DNA of 64,000 nt from an uncultured Aliarcobacter sp. (GTDB lineage: Bacteria; Campylobacterota; Campylobacteria; Campylobacterales; Arcobacteraceae), in the NCBI GenBank assembly GCA_963664305.2, contig CAXXLV010000002.1, positions 736,001-800,000 on the forward strand. Direction: 5' to 3'. Below the pieces are notes generated by a model. It was not told the DNA's origin and did not search any database. It was given only the letters and a program-made list of their open reading frames with translations. Shown here piece after piece: positions 42,015 through 51,066 of the stretch (its first letter is position 1; the number at the start of each line of letters is the position of its first letter). Both the position numbers and the translations under genes were made by a program.

Positions 42015-42707
42015 ATGGATTTTGCAAATAAATTTGAATCAATTCAAAAAAAATTAAATCTTTCACAAAAAGATTTATCAATTAAATTAGGATTATCAAC
42101 AAACGCTATTTCACAATATATCACTGGAAAAAGGAAACCCGATTACACAACCATACAAAAATTAATAAATTTAGGAGTTTCTCCATACTTTTTATTTTCT
42201 GATGGGAAAGAACCTTTTGATCCAAATTTTCAATTATTTGCAGAAGCAGTTAAATATATTAATAGTGAAAATGAAAAAGAATTAATAGAACCTATTAGTG
42301 AATTTGTAAATAAACATAAATTAATTAACTTAATCAAATCAAAAATTGAAAAACTAAAAGGGCAAAGTTTTTTTGAAAAAGTAATTGAAGAATTTTCGAA
42401 TAAAGGTGAAAAAACTCTTAAGTTTTTATATTACTTTATTCTCTATATTGAAAGAACTCAAAAAAATTTTGATTTTTTAAATATTAAAAAATCATTCATT
42501 GATGAACTTGAAAAATTTGAACTTTCAAAAAAGGATAGAATTATATCATTTGAATTAAAAGAAAATGATAGAAAAAGGTTAATTGAATGGATTGAAAATG
42601 AATTGGATGATTCTTCAATTTTTGAAATAATTTCAAACATTGAACAATTAAAAAAAATAATAAAAGAAGAATTAAATATTTTCAACAAATATTTAATTCA
42701 GCTTTAA
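42015..42707 (+). CDS. XRE-family HTH transcriptional repressor
   Basis: LSQKDLSIKLGLSTNAISQYITGKRKPD; ATG at 42015 after AAGGGG. Confidence 0.88.
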   Translation: MDFANKFESIQKKLNLSQKDLSIKLGLSTNAISQYITGKRKPDYTTIQKLINLGVSPYFLFSDGKEPFDPNFQLFAEAVKYINSENEKELIEPISEFVNKHKLINLIKSKIEKLKGQSFFEKVIEEFSNKGEKTLKFLYYFILYIERTQKNFDFLNIKKSFIDELEKFELSKKDRIISFELKENDRKRLIEWIENELDDSSIFEIISNIEQLKKIIKEELNIFNKYLIQL

Positions 42708-42820
42708 ATATTACCTTACAACTGTGTTTCCTTTTCTACTCTTCGAAGGTTTTATATATCCCATTTCAGTAATTAGAAATAGCTGTATCTGAATAAGCTA
42801 TAAGCCCAAGTCCATAAGAG

Positions 42821-42853
42821 AAGGTAAAAGCTTTATAGCTTTTACCTTTTTTT
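42821..42853 (+). terminator. Rho-independent terminator
   Basis: aaggtaaaagct-ttat-agcttttacctt followed by a T-run. Confidence 0.8.
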
Positions 42854-42947
42854 ATTTTTGTTGATTATTTGTTAATAGCATATTAATTTATTAAAAATTA
42901 TTCTATTTAACTGTTTTTAGAATCAAATCACTTATAATTTAAATATC

Positions 42948-43298
42948 TTATTTAGTAGTTAATTTATTTGTTATTTCTTCTGATATTTTTTTCATTTTTT
43001 CATCAAATTCTTTACCAAATATTTCATCTTTTATGTATGTTGGTTTTATATAACACTTCTTTTTAAACTCTTCCATATTGTATAAATAATTCAAATATAT
43101 ATCTATAGTTTCTACTGGAGTAGTACTTCGTTTCAAATGTCCTTTGAATTTTTCATTAAAATTTTCAATTTCTTCTTCATTATCATTGTCATAAACATAA
43201 TCATCAATAAAAAATTGTCTAGCAAAATATTTTTGAGTCATTCCAAGTTTTTTAATCCATTTTTTCAATTCTTTTATTTTTTCTTCTGTTTCATTCAT
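42948..43298 (-). CDS. hypothetical protein with HTH-like N-terminus
   Basis: 116 aa; LKKWIKKLGMTQKYFAR resembles the first helices of an XRE HTH. Confidence 0.7.
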   Translation of the reverse strand: MNETEEKIKELKKWIKKLGMTQKYFARQFFIDDYVYDNDNEEEIENFNEKFKGHLKRSTTPVETIDIYLNYLYNMEEFKKKCYIKPTYIKDEIFGKEFDEKMKKISEEITNKLTTK

Positions 43299-43381
43299 AT
43301 CCGTGTCCCCTATTGTCCCCTACTACTATTCTATAATTTCATTATCCTAATTTTAGGAAATATATTTAAAAGGAGCCTATT

Positions 43382-43531
43382 ATGGCAAAACAAACTCCAA
43401 TGACAAAAGCTGCATCAAAAAGAATTCAATCTGCAACAGCTAAACAAAATGAAGGGCAAACTCCAAAAGGTAGCTTTGCTCAGAGAGCACAAAGTACTGC
43501 AGATAAAAGTTCATCAAAAGAAGGTAAATAA
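43382..43531 (+). CDS. 49-aa hydrophilic protein, SMP/LEA-like motif (not in ORF track)
   Basis: AAGGAG RBS; MAKQTPMTKAASKRIQSATAKQNEGQTPKGSFAQRAQSTADKSSSKEGK*. Confidence 0.8.
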   Translation: MAKQTPMTKAASKRIQSATAKQNEGQTPKGSFAQRAQSTADKSSSKEGK

Positions 43532-43532
43532 A

Positions 43533-43631
43533 ATGGCTAAAACATCAAATTGTAAACCAAATATGCCAAGTACTACAGGTAATCCATCTGGAAAAGGTCG
43601 TAGTAACTGTACTCCTTCTCAAAGAAAATAA
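43533..43631 (+). CDS. 32-aa Gly/Ser/Pro/Asn-rich micropeptide
   Basis: MAKTSNCKPNMPSTTGNPSGKGRSNCTPSQRK*; ATG 1 bp after the previous stop, GAAGGT RBS. Confidence 0.7.
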   Translation: MAKTSNCKPNMPSTTGNPSGKGRSNCTPSQRK

Positions 43632-43634
43632 GCT

Positions 43635-43656
43635 AGATAGGCTTTTAGCCTATCTT
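43635..43656. terminator. hairpin terminator between convergent units
   Basis: agataggct-ttt-agcctatct. Confidence 0.7.
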
Positions 43657-43972
43657 ACATACACTCTCTTGCTTTAGTCTCAAATATATTTAAAAACCTA
43701 TTGTTATCCTCTCTAAATAGTTCGTAAGGATAGTTTATTTCTGTTTTTTCTAACGCACATATGCATATTTTTCTTTTATCTATATGTACTTTTTCATTTA
43801 TTGGCTCATTATAATTAAATATGCATTTCTCAATAATAGTATATTCAACATTTATAGGATATCTATCAGTTTGTAAATTATACTTTTCTATTAAATCATC
43901 AACATAATGTCCTGATACTCCACCAACAGTTAAAGCCATTAAAATTGATGCAACTTTTTTCTTATTGTCCAT
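43655..43972 (-). CDS. hypothetical membrane-anchored/exported protein
   Basis: N-terminal hydrophobic segment, DRYP..VEY motif, four Cys (KC, CICAL, EC); ATG at 43972 after GGAG. Confidence 0.7.
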   Translation of the reverse strand: MDNKKKVASILMALTVGGVSGHYVDDLIEKYNLQTDRYPINVEYTIIEKCIFNYNEPINEKVHIDKRKICICALEKTEINYPYELFREDNNRFLNIFETKARECM

Positions 43973-44348
43973 TTTCACTCCATAAGTCATTCATTTTAAA
44001 AGCATACTTATATAAGGCAATATAAAAAGGTATACATATTATAAAAAACCAAATATATGCCTCCTGCCACTCTAATAATGAATAGCCAACTGTATCTATA
44101 ATTGAAAGAATAAAAATAAAAATCCAGAAATCTTTATAAAATATTTTTTTTCGATATACAAAACCATATAATCCAATAAAAGAAACTAAAAATAATACAA
44201 ATTCAAAAATTTCATAAAAAACTTCAGATTTATATAATCCATCAAATATTTCATTATTATCAAATAATAAAATATACATATAAAATAAAGTTAAACCTAA
44301 AAATATATAAAAATATATTTTCCACCAAATACTACGTTTTTCAACCAA
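43962..44348 (-). CDS. hypothetical 4-TM membrane protein
   Basis: 128 aa, four hydrophobic segments, AGGAG RBS. Confidence 0.75.
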   Translation of the reverse strand: MVEKRSIWWKIYFYIFLGLTLFYMYILLFDNNEIFDGLYKSEVFYEIFEFVLFLVSFIGLYGFVYRKKIFYKDFWIFIFILSIIDTVGYSLLEWQEAYIWFFIICIPFYIALYKYAFKMNDLWSENGQ

Positions 44349-44359
44349 ACTAATCTCCT

Positions 44360-47065
44360 TTAAACCAAATTAATCAAACTCTCTCTTAATTTTTTACTTT
44401 CTTGACTTTCATTAGTTGCAAATCTAACTATTGGAATATTATATTTTTCTAATATTTCATCCTTTAATTTATCCCGCTTTAATTGAGTTGGATTATTTTC
44501 ATGGTACTCATAACCATCAACTTCAATAGCTAACACTATCTGTTTATCGATTTTGCTATATATTATAAAGTCTATATGAGTATTTTCATTATTTACAAAT
44601 TTAATTTCTTTTTCATTCAATAAACTATAATCTTTAACTATTCTATATAATTGCATATGTAATACAACATCTAAGTGAAGAAAACTTTCATCTTCTAATA
44701 CTTCATCAATTACAAGACACATTAAATTTTCAGATTTATGTTCAGATACATTTTTATACTTTTTTTGATATTTATTTAAATGTGAAGAATAACTTTTATA
44801 AAGTAAATCAAATATTGAGTAAATTTTACTTTCTAGAACATCACAGTTATAATATTTAATATAACCTATTAAATCTTTCATATTTTTATTTTTTTCTCTA
44901 TCTGAAACTACAACATAAAGCTTATCTACAGCTCTAGAGATTGCAACATTCAATAAGTTCTTATCATCAGCAAATTCATCTTCATCATTTACTACAGTAC
45001 TTAAAATAATTATATTTTTTTCACGACCTTGATATTTATGTACAGTATCAACTTCTATTTCTTTATTATTATTCTTATACTCTTCATTTATTTTATCTAC
45101 TTGTTTTCTAAATGGAGAGATTATTCCTATACTAGTATCTTTTAAATCAGGTAATATCTCATTAGTAATTACATCAATTTGACGTTGATTGTATTTTCCT
45201 CTTGCATGATTTCCTTCTACAGTATTAAATAAAACTAAAGATGATTCATTTTCATTTTCAAATTTTGTTAAAACTATTAGCTCATTATTATAAAATTTCT
45301 TATTACAAAAACCTATAATTTTTGGATTACATCTATAATGCTCTCTTAAAAGAGTTTTAGGAACATCTTTAAAAAGTTTAGTAATTGATAGTAACAAATT
45401 ATTATCATAATGATATGATTCATTAACTTTATATTGATTATAAACAATTTGAATTAAATCTTTTGTTTCCTTTGTAACTACATGAGGTAGTTGTTTTAAA
45501 TCACCAACAATAACTACATTTTTTGCACAAGATAAAGCTAAAGAACCTGCAACCACATCAACTTGTGAAGATTCATCTATTATCAAATAATCATATAAAT
45601 AGCTATTTCCTGTAGAGTTTCTTAATGAATGAGTTGTACTTAAAACAATAGGATATTCTTCAATAAAACTTCCAAAATCTTTCCATAAGACATCACTATT
45701 AAAACTTGTTCTCTTATTTGCAAATTTATATTTATTTGATATAAACCTTTTTAATAAAAACATTGACTTTTGAGTATATAACTTCATTTTATTTTCAAAA
45801 TCAAAGTTTGATAACTTACTTTCAAAAGTATTTATTTGTTTAGTTATTTCAATCTCTTTATTTTCATAAAATAAACTTTGAAGATATTCAATTATAGAGT
45901 TTATTGGATATTTGTAAATTGAAAAAGAAAAGAGCCTATATTTTATGAGATTCTTTATTTTAAACAAAAGCGTTATCTTTTTATTTAAAAGTTGAATATT
46001 CTCAAACTCTGCCCATAAAGAAAGTATAGAATCAATATCGTACTTGTTGAAACTTTTAAAATATTCTATATTTTTATCTTTTTTATCATAGTAATCTAAA
46101 AAATGTTTTTTTTCTACTTTAAATTCTTCATATAGTTGTTTTTGTAATGCTAATTCATTCTGAGTAGATAACATCTCTTTAAGAGATTTACTATCTTGAC
46201 TTACTTCTTTATATAGTTTATTAAAATCAACCTCAGTTTTTTCACTTACAAAGTTAGGATAACTGCTATCTTGATTATTAAAAAACTCTTCTTGATTATC
46301 TTTATTACCTAAAAATGCTGATATAAAAGACAAATCGTGACTACTTAATTTATCATATACATTTTTTGTTGCCGCATTATTATTTGACACAATAGCAACT
46401 GTTTTTTCTTGCATTATAATATTTGATAAAATATTTAATATAGTTTGTGTTTTACCAGTACCTGGAGGTCCTTCAATAATACTTATTTGATTTGTTAGTG
46501 CATTTTCTACAGCTTTTTCTTGACTTAAATTAAAACCAAAAGGAAAGATAATTGTAGATCTATTTTCAAAAGTATCAATACTACTAGAAGCTAAATATTT
46601 AGATAAGACACTATCTTCACTTATGAAAGTCATTTTTTTATATTGTTTATCTAAAAATCCAACTTCTTCTTTATCATCCGTATTATTTAATCTTTCTGCT
46701 AAACTTTTTAAATACTCTAATACACTATTTACCCTATTATCATTTAAACAGTTTTTTTCTATTTTAATACGCTTTTTATCATATAATTTATTAGTACCAT
46801 TTTCATAAAAAATCTTTAAATGACTTTTAAAATCAAGAATTCTAACTATTTTGAATAATAGTTTTCCATCTAAAAAAACAATACAACTATTTAAGTTTAT
46901 CTCTATGGGATTTTCCATTATCTTAACTTTCTCTAAACTATATGAATATTTAGTATCATTACTTTTAAAAACTACATCAACTTTATTTTTATTAATATCA
47001 AAACTTTCAATCTCTTCTGTTTTATCAACATCATTTATTAGAATTAAATACTTATTTATATCCAT
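44360..47065 (-). CDS. SF1 (Upf1/DNA2-like, AAA_11/AAA_12) helicase with C-terminal DUF2726/Vsr-like nuclease domain
   Basis: EGPPGTGKT, DESSQ, GDLKQL, HYRC, TVHKYQGRE, NVAISRA; C-terminal HIDF...AIEVDGYEYH...RDKLKD. Confidence 0.88.
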   Translation of the reverse strand: MDINKYLILINDVDKTEEIESFDINKNKVDVVFKSNDTKYSYSLEKVKIMENPIEINLNSCIVFLDGKLLFKIVRILDFKSHLKIFYENGTNKLYDKKRIKIEKNCLNDNRVNSVLEYLKSLAERLNNTDDKEEVGFLDKQYKKMTFISEDSVLSKYLASSSIDTFENRSTIIFPFGFNLSQEKAVENALTNQISIIEGPPGTGKTQTILNILSNIIMQEKTVAIVSNNNAATKNVYDKLSSHDLSFISAFLGNKDNQEEFFNNQDSSYPNFVSEKTEVDFNKLYKEVSQDSKSLKEMLSTQNELALQKQLYEEFKVEKKHFLDYYDKKDKNIEYFKSFNKYDIDSILSLWAEFENIQLLNKKITLLFKIKNLIKYRLFSFSIYKYPINSIIEYLQSLFYENKEIEITKQINTFESKLSNFDFENKMKLYTQKSMFLLKRFISNKYKFANKRTSFNSDVLWKDFGSFIEEYPIVLSTTHSLRNSTGNSYLYDYLIIDESSQVDVVAGSLALSCAKNVVIVGDLKQLPHVVTKETKDLIQIVYNQYKVNESYHYDNNLLLSITKLFKDVPKTLLREHYRCNPKIIGFCNKKFYNNELIVLTKFENENESSLVLFNTVEGNHARGKYNQRQIDVITNEILPDLKDTSIGIISPFRKQVDKINEEYKNNNKEIEVDTVHKYQGREKNIIILSTVVNDEDEFADDKNLLNVAISRAVDKLYVVVSDREKNKNMKDLIGYIKYYNCDVLESKIYSIFDLLYKSYSSHLNKYQKKYKNVSEHKSENLMCLVIDEVLEDESFLHLDVVLHMQLYRIVKDYSLLNEKEIKFVNNENTHIDFIIYSKIDKQIVLAIEVDGYEYHENNPTQLKRDKLKDEILEKYNIPIVRFATNESQESKKLRESLINLV

Positions 47066-47071
47066 ATAACT

Positions 47072-48550
47072 TTACTTTATCTTTCTTAAGTTCTCTAATA
47101 TCTTCACCATTGCCAAAGTATCCAGTTTGCAATACTCTAAAAGTGAGTTTCTTAGTTTTAGTTTCTCTTTTTCATCTAGTGAACCTAGTCTTGAAAAAGC
47201 ATTCATAGCTTGGCTTCCATTTTGAACACCATCAAGTTCTTTGTAGGCTTTCTCAAACTCTGGAACAAGTGCTGGAAGTACATATTTGATAGAGTAACTT
47301 CCTTGCATAGCTGGAGTTACATACCACTTTTTTTGAAAAGGTACCATGAGGTCTTGCATATTTTCATTTATAGCCAATAAGTGTCCACTAAACTCTTCAA
47401 ATAATGTTGCCAATCTTTTTATAACACCTTTTTCAAAACTCATGTTATAAGCTAATACAGTTACATCACTTGGAATATCTTCACATAGTCTAAGAGCGAG
47501 TTCATATCTACTATCAACACTATCTTGTGCTAAATACTCTTTGTGTTCTAATGTTCCATCTTCATATTCAATATGAAGTGAGTATTGAAATGGTATTTGC
47601 TCAAAAGGTTTTATACCTTTAAACTGTGGTATTGCTTGTTGATAGGTTTCAAAGTCTAAATGATATATTGGGTAAGTAAGACTTTGTAAAAATGATTTAA
47701 TATTTTCTATATCTATATATGTGATTTTTGATTTATAGTTTTCAACAGCTTGTGCTTGAATAGAAGTCATATCAAAGTCATGTGGTACATCATCTATATT
47801 TATAATACCTCTTTTATAAAGTTCAATTTGTTTTTTACTTCCAAGATTAAAAATATTAAATATAGAATAATCAGGTATTTGTCTTTGAACTTTCCAACAA
47901 TACTCTTTTCCATCACATTCATAAGGACTATTACAATGTTTACCTATATCTATATTTGGTTCGTTTTCTTTATCATTTAAATATGTTTCAAACTCTTTTA
48001 AAATATTTGGAATATTTGATTGCATTGATATAACATCATTTGTAACATCAACTATTTTAAAAAGTTGATGTATATCTAAGTCATCACCTCTTATATATTC
48101 ATTATTTATATAAATTACATTTGCACTTTTTATTTTTAAACCTAAATTTTTAAGTACATAATACTGAATAGATACATCATGTAAATATATATCTTTTACT
48201 TCAGTAGAACTTTTAACTTCATAAATAGAGACTTCACCATTAGAAATAGTTAAAATATCTACCATAATTAAAATACCTGAAAAGTTAAAAGTAGCTTCAT
48301 AGATATTCTCTATTCCCTCATCAAGTAACTGTTTTGTAGTAGCTATCATCTCATCATAGTTTTTTGAATATGGCACTTCTTTTCCATCAGGGAAAAGCTG
48401 ACAAGCAAAATCTCCAACTATGTTTCCAGTTTCAAATATAGCTTGGGCTGATTCATCTGGTGGTGTTAATACACTTGGCTTATATTTTTTAAGCCAAAGT
48501 GCTTTGGGGCATTGAATGCCTTTTGTGTAGAGGGATTTAGATAGGTTCAT
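47072..48550 (-). CDS. DUF2779-domain protein (Cas4/RecB-like N-terminus plus RNase H/DEDD-like C-terminus)
   Basis: LSKS...QCPKALWL, VDIL...YEVKS, CNSPYEC....YC; LDFET...PFQYSLH...YNMSFE...SYSIKYVLPAL...YCKLDT. Confidence 0.85.
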   Translation of the reverse strand: MNLSKSLYTKGIQCPKALWLKKYKPSVLTPPDESAQAIFETGNIVGDFACQLFPDGKEVPYSKNYDEMIATTKQLLDEGIENIYEATFNFSGILIMVDILTISNGEVSIYEVKSSTEVKDIYLHDVSIQYYVLKNLGLKIKSANVIYINNEYIRGDDLDIHQLFKIVDVTNDVISMQSNIPNILKEFETYLNDKENEPNIDIGKHCNSPYECDGKEYCWKVQRQIPDYSIFNIFNLGSKKQIELYKRGIINIDDVPHDFDMTSIQAQAVENYKSKITYIDIENIKSFLQSLTYPIYHLDFETYQQAIPQFKGIKPFEQIPFQYSLHIEYEDGTLEHKEYLAQDSVDSRYELALRLCEDIPSDVTVLAYNMSFEKGVIKRLATLFEEFSGHLLAINENMQDLMVPFQKKWYVTPAMQGSYSIKYVLPALVPEFEKAYKELDGVQNGSQAMNAFSRLGSLDEKEKLKLRNSLLEYCKLDTLAMVKILENLRKIK

Positions 48551-51063
48551 TAATTAATCTTATTATTAATTTCATCAATTAATATTGTAGACATTTCAAA
48601 AGATTCTAAATCTTGTTTTTTTAACCATTCTTTACATTCTGCTCTTGTCATACTTGAGGTAGGTGTATATTCTGATAATAATATAGCCGTATTTCGACTA
48701 AGTCCTAGTTCAATAAATGATAGTTGAGTTTTCTGTGAAACACCAAATTCTAACCAAATAGTTAATTCAGGAATTTCTTCTAATAATTTTTCTTTTCCTT
48801 TTTCTTTCAAAACCAATCTTAAAATATCCATATAGCAAGATGAATATTTAGCAAATTTAAATCTAGCATATGTTTCTATATCTGCCATTACATCTCTAAT
48901 AACACTATCTCTTTTTTTTCTTTTACCCCAGTATTTTAAGCTTTTTTGTATCATAAAAGATAACTTATAACCTCTTATCCATCTAACAATTAAAGAAGCA
49001 TGATAATAAGATACTCCATTAAAATCTCCAGAAAGATGAGTATTTACTATTTCCACAATTTTTTGAAATGACTCTACAGCGTTATCAGAGTGAATATCAT
49101 CAGGAATAAATTTTTTAAACTTTGTTTCACTATTTAAAAACAGATATAATTCCTGTTGAGCAATAGGACTAATACCTACATGTTTTTTTAATAATGCATC
49201 AGGAATAGTTATGTTTTCTTTCAATTTCGAGAAAGTAGATTCAAGCTGTTTTTCTTTTTTTTCATCTTTTATAAGATTACTTAACTTATTATCTAGCCAC
49301 CTTGTATAATAAAAATTAAATGCATACTCGAATGACATATTATTATTTTTTGATAACTCTTCTCTTGGTGTTCCCTTATCTATAAAAGCTAAAAATTCAT
49401 CAAAATTATTATTAATAATTGTTGTCGCTTTAATGATTTCATTTTTCTTATTTTGTAAAGAAGGTATAGTATTCCATTTATTCGTATCTATACAAATAAT
49501 ATTACCTTGAAATTCTTTACCTAATCTTCCTGCTCGCCCTGCTAAGTTCCAAAAATCAGTTTGTGTCATATCTAATTTTGTTGCCCTTTTAGGTTTTCTA
49601 ATAAAAATATTTTTTGCTGGTAAATTAACTCCTTCTAGTAATGTTGAAGTGCAAAAAATATATTTTATTTCACCTTGTTCAAATAGCTTTTCTATTTCTT
49701 GTCGAATTATTAATGGCATATTTCCATAATGAAAAGCAATTCTCTTTCCTAAAACTTTTACTAAATTATAATTTGGATGAATACTATCTTTTACTAGTTT
49801 AATCAATTCGTTAATTTTCTTATTATCTGTAACAATATCATCTATTAAAATATTGAAAAGCTTAATTGCATGTTCTTCCGTATAAGAAGGTTTATATTGA
49901 TATATTAAATTACCTCCTTCTTTATTAGCAAGTTTTTGAATAATTTTTACTAATCTTTGAGCTTCTTGAATACTTTCATCAAAACTAAAATTAGCAATTT
50001 TAAACTGTCCAAAATTACTAACTAAATCTATTTTCCAGTTTTTAGTACTGCCAGATTCCGAAGATACAAATAATAGATTTTGATTAACTGCTATATAATC
50101 TTTATTAACTTTATCATGTTTTTTATTTTCAATATTAGGCAAATTTTCAAATAATATTTCTGGATTTTTAGTAAAAGGTGAAGCAAATATAGTTTGAATA
50201 TTTTCATTATTTTCAATTACTTCTATAAGTTTTTCTTCAACTAATATACCTCTATGTCCTTGTTCTACTTGTTGTGCTTCATCAACAATAAGTGTATCAA
50301 TCTTAGTTTGATTATCAACTAAAAACCAATGTAATCTTTCTTGAGTAAACACAAAAATTTTTTTTGAAAAAGTTTCTTCAGGAATCTTTGGTACTGTAGA
50401 TAAATATATATTTTCAAGATTTTCTTTTTTTAATAGTTTTCTTATATCATTTTCAACTTGATTTATTAAAGCTCTTGTTGGCACTAAATATATAATAGTC
50501 TCATCATTACTATTTATTATTTTATCTAAAAGAATCTGACTTAGAATAAATGATTTTCCAGAAGAAGTAGGTGAAGATATACTAATAAATTGATTACTTT
50601 TAACTTTTGAATATACTTCACTTTGAAAACTATTCAAAGAAAGAACTTTACCATTTATTAGGATAGTATTGTGTAAATTGTTATTAATAATCTTCAATTG
50701 TAAAATTGAAGATAACTTTTCAAAATAATTTTTTTCAATTAAATTTTTATCTATAGCTAACTCAATTGTTCTATTGTTTGTTAAATTATTTAAAATTACA
50801 GCACAGGACTCTTTCTGTACAATATTTGAATCTTCATAGTTAATTATGGTTTGTGCAATTCTTAAAGCAGTTTCCATATGTAATGTTTCATTAGACTTTG
50901 ATAAAATACTTGCTATTGAAATTACATTATTAATATCTATTGTTTCATGTAAATTATTTTGAAGTTTAGTAAATTGACTAAGAACTGAATATCGTAAAAG
51001 TTTCTTATATTGGTCTTGAAAACTGTCAAGAGAATAAAGCTTTGTTGAAATATTTTCATTCAT
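48550..51063 (-). CDS. hamB: Hachiman HamB-like SF2 (Ski2-type DEAD/DEAH) helicase
   Basis: SPTSSGKS, VPTRALI, TQER, DEAQ, TSTLLEGVNLPA, NLAGRAGRLG; directly downstream of a DUF1837 gene. Confidence 0.85.
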   Translation of the reverse strand: MNENISTKLYSLDSFQDQYKKLLRYSVLSQFTKLQNNLHETIDINNVISIASILSKSNETLHMETALRIAQTIINYEDSNIVQKESCAVILNNLTNNRTIELAIDKNLIEKNYFEKLSSILQLKIINNNLHNTILINGKVLSLNSFQSEVYSKVKSNQFISISSPTSSGKSFILSQILLDKIINSNDETIIYLVPTRALINQVENDIRKLLKKENLENIYLSTVPKIPEETFSKKIFVFTQERLHWFLVDNQTKIDTLIVDEAQQVEQGHRGILVEEKLIEVIENNENIQTIFASPFTKNPEILFENLPNIENKKHDKVNKDYIAVNQNLLFVSSESGSTKNWKIDLVSNFGQFKIANFSFDESIQEAQRLVKIIQKLANKEGGNLIYQYKPSYTEEHAIKLFNILIDDIVTDNKKINELIKLVKDSIHPNYNLVKVLGKRIAFHYGNMPLIIRQEIEKLFEQGEIKYIFCTSTLLEGVNLPAKNIFIRKPKRATKLDMTQTDFWNLAGRAGRLGKEFQGNIICIDTNKWNTIPSLQNKKNEIIKATTIINNNFDEFLAFIDKGTPREELSKNNNMSFEYAFNFYYTRWLDNKLSNLIKDEKKEKQLESTFSKLKENITIPDALLKKHVGISPIAQQELYLFLNSETKFKKFIPDDIHSDNAVESFQKIVEIVNTHLSGDFNGVSYYHASLIVRWIRGYKLSFMIQKSLKYWGKRKKRDSVIRDVMADIETYARFKFAKYSSCYMDILRLVLKEKGKEKLLEEIPELTIWLEFGVSQKTQLSFIELGLSRNTAILLSEYTPTSSMTRAECKEWLKKQDLESFEMSTILIDEINNKIN

Positions 51064-51066
51064 TAT

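Noticed and set aside
43449..43631. 60-aa ORF as given in the track
   Set aside because: Its 5' part overlaps the better-supported 49-aa ORF in another frame; the likely start is the ATG at 43533.
47072..48550. CRISPR-Cas system suggested by the Cas4-like motif
   Set aside because: No repeat-spacer array or other cas genes seen in the window.
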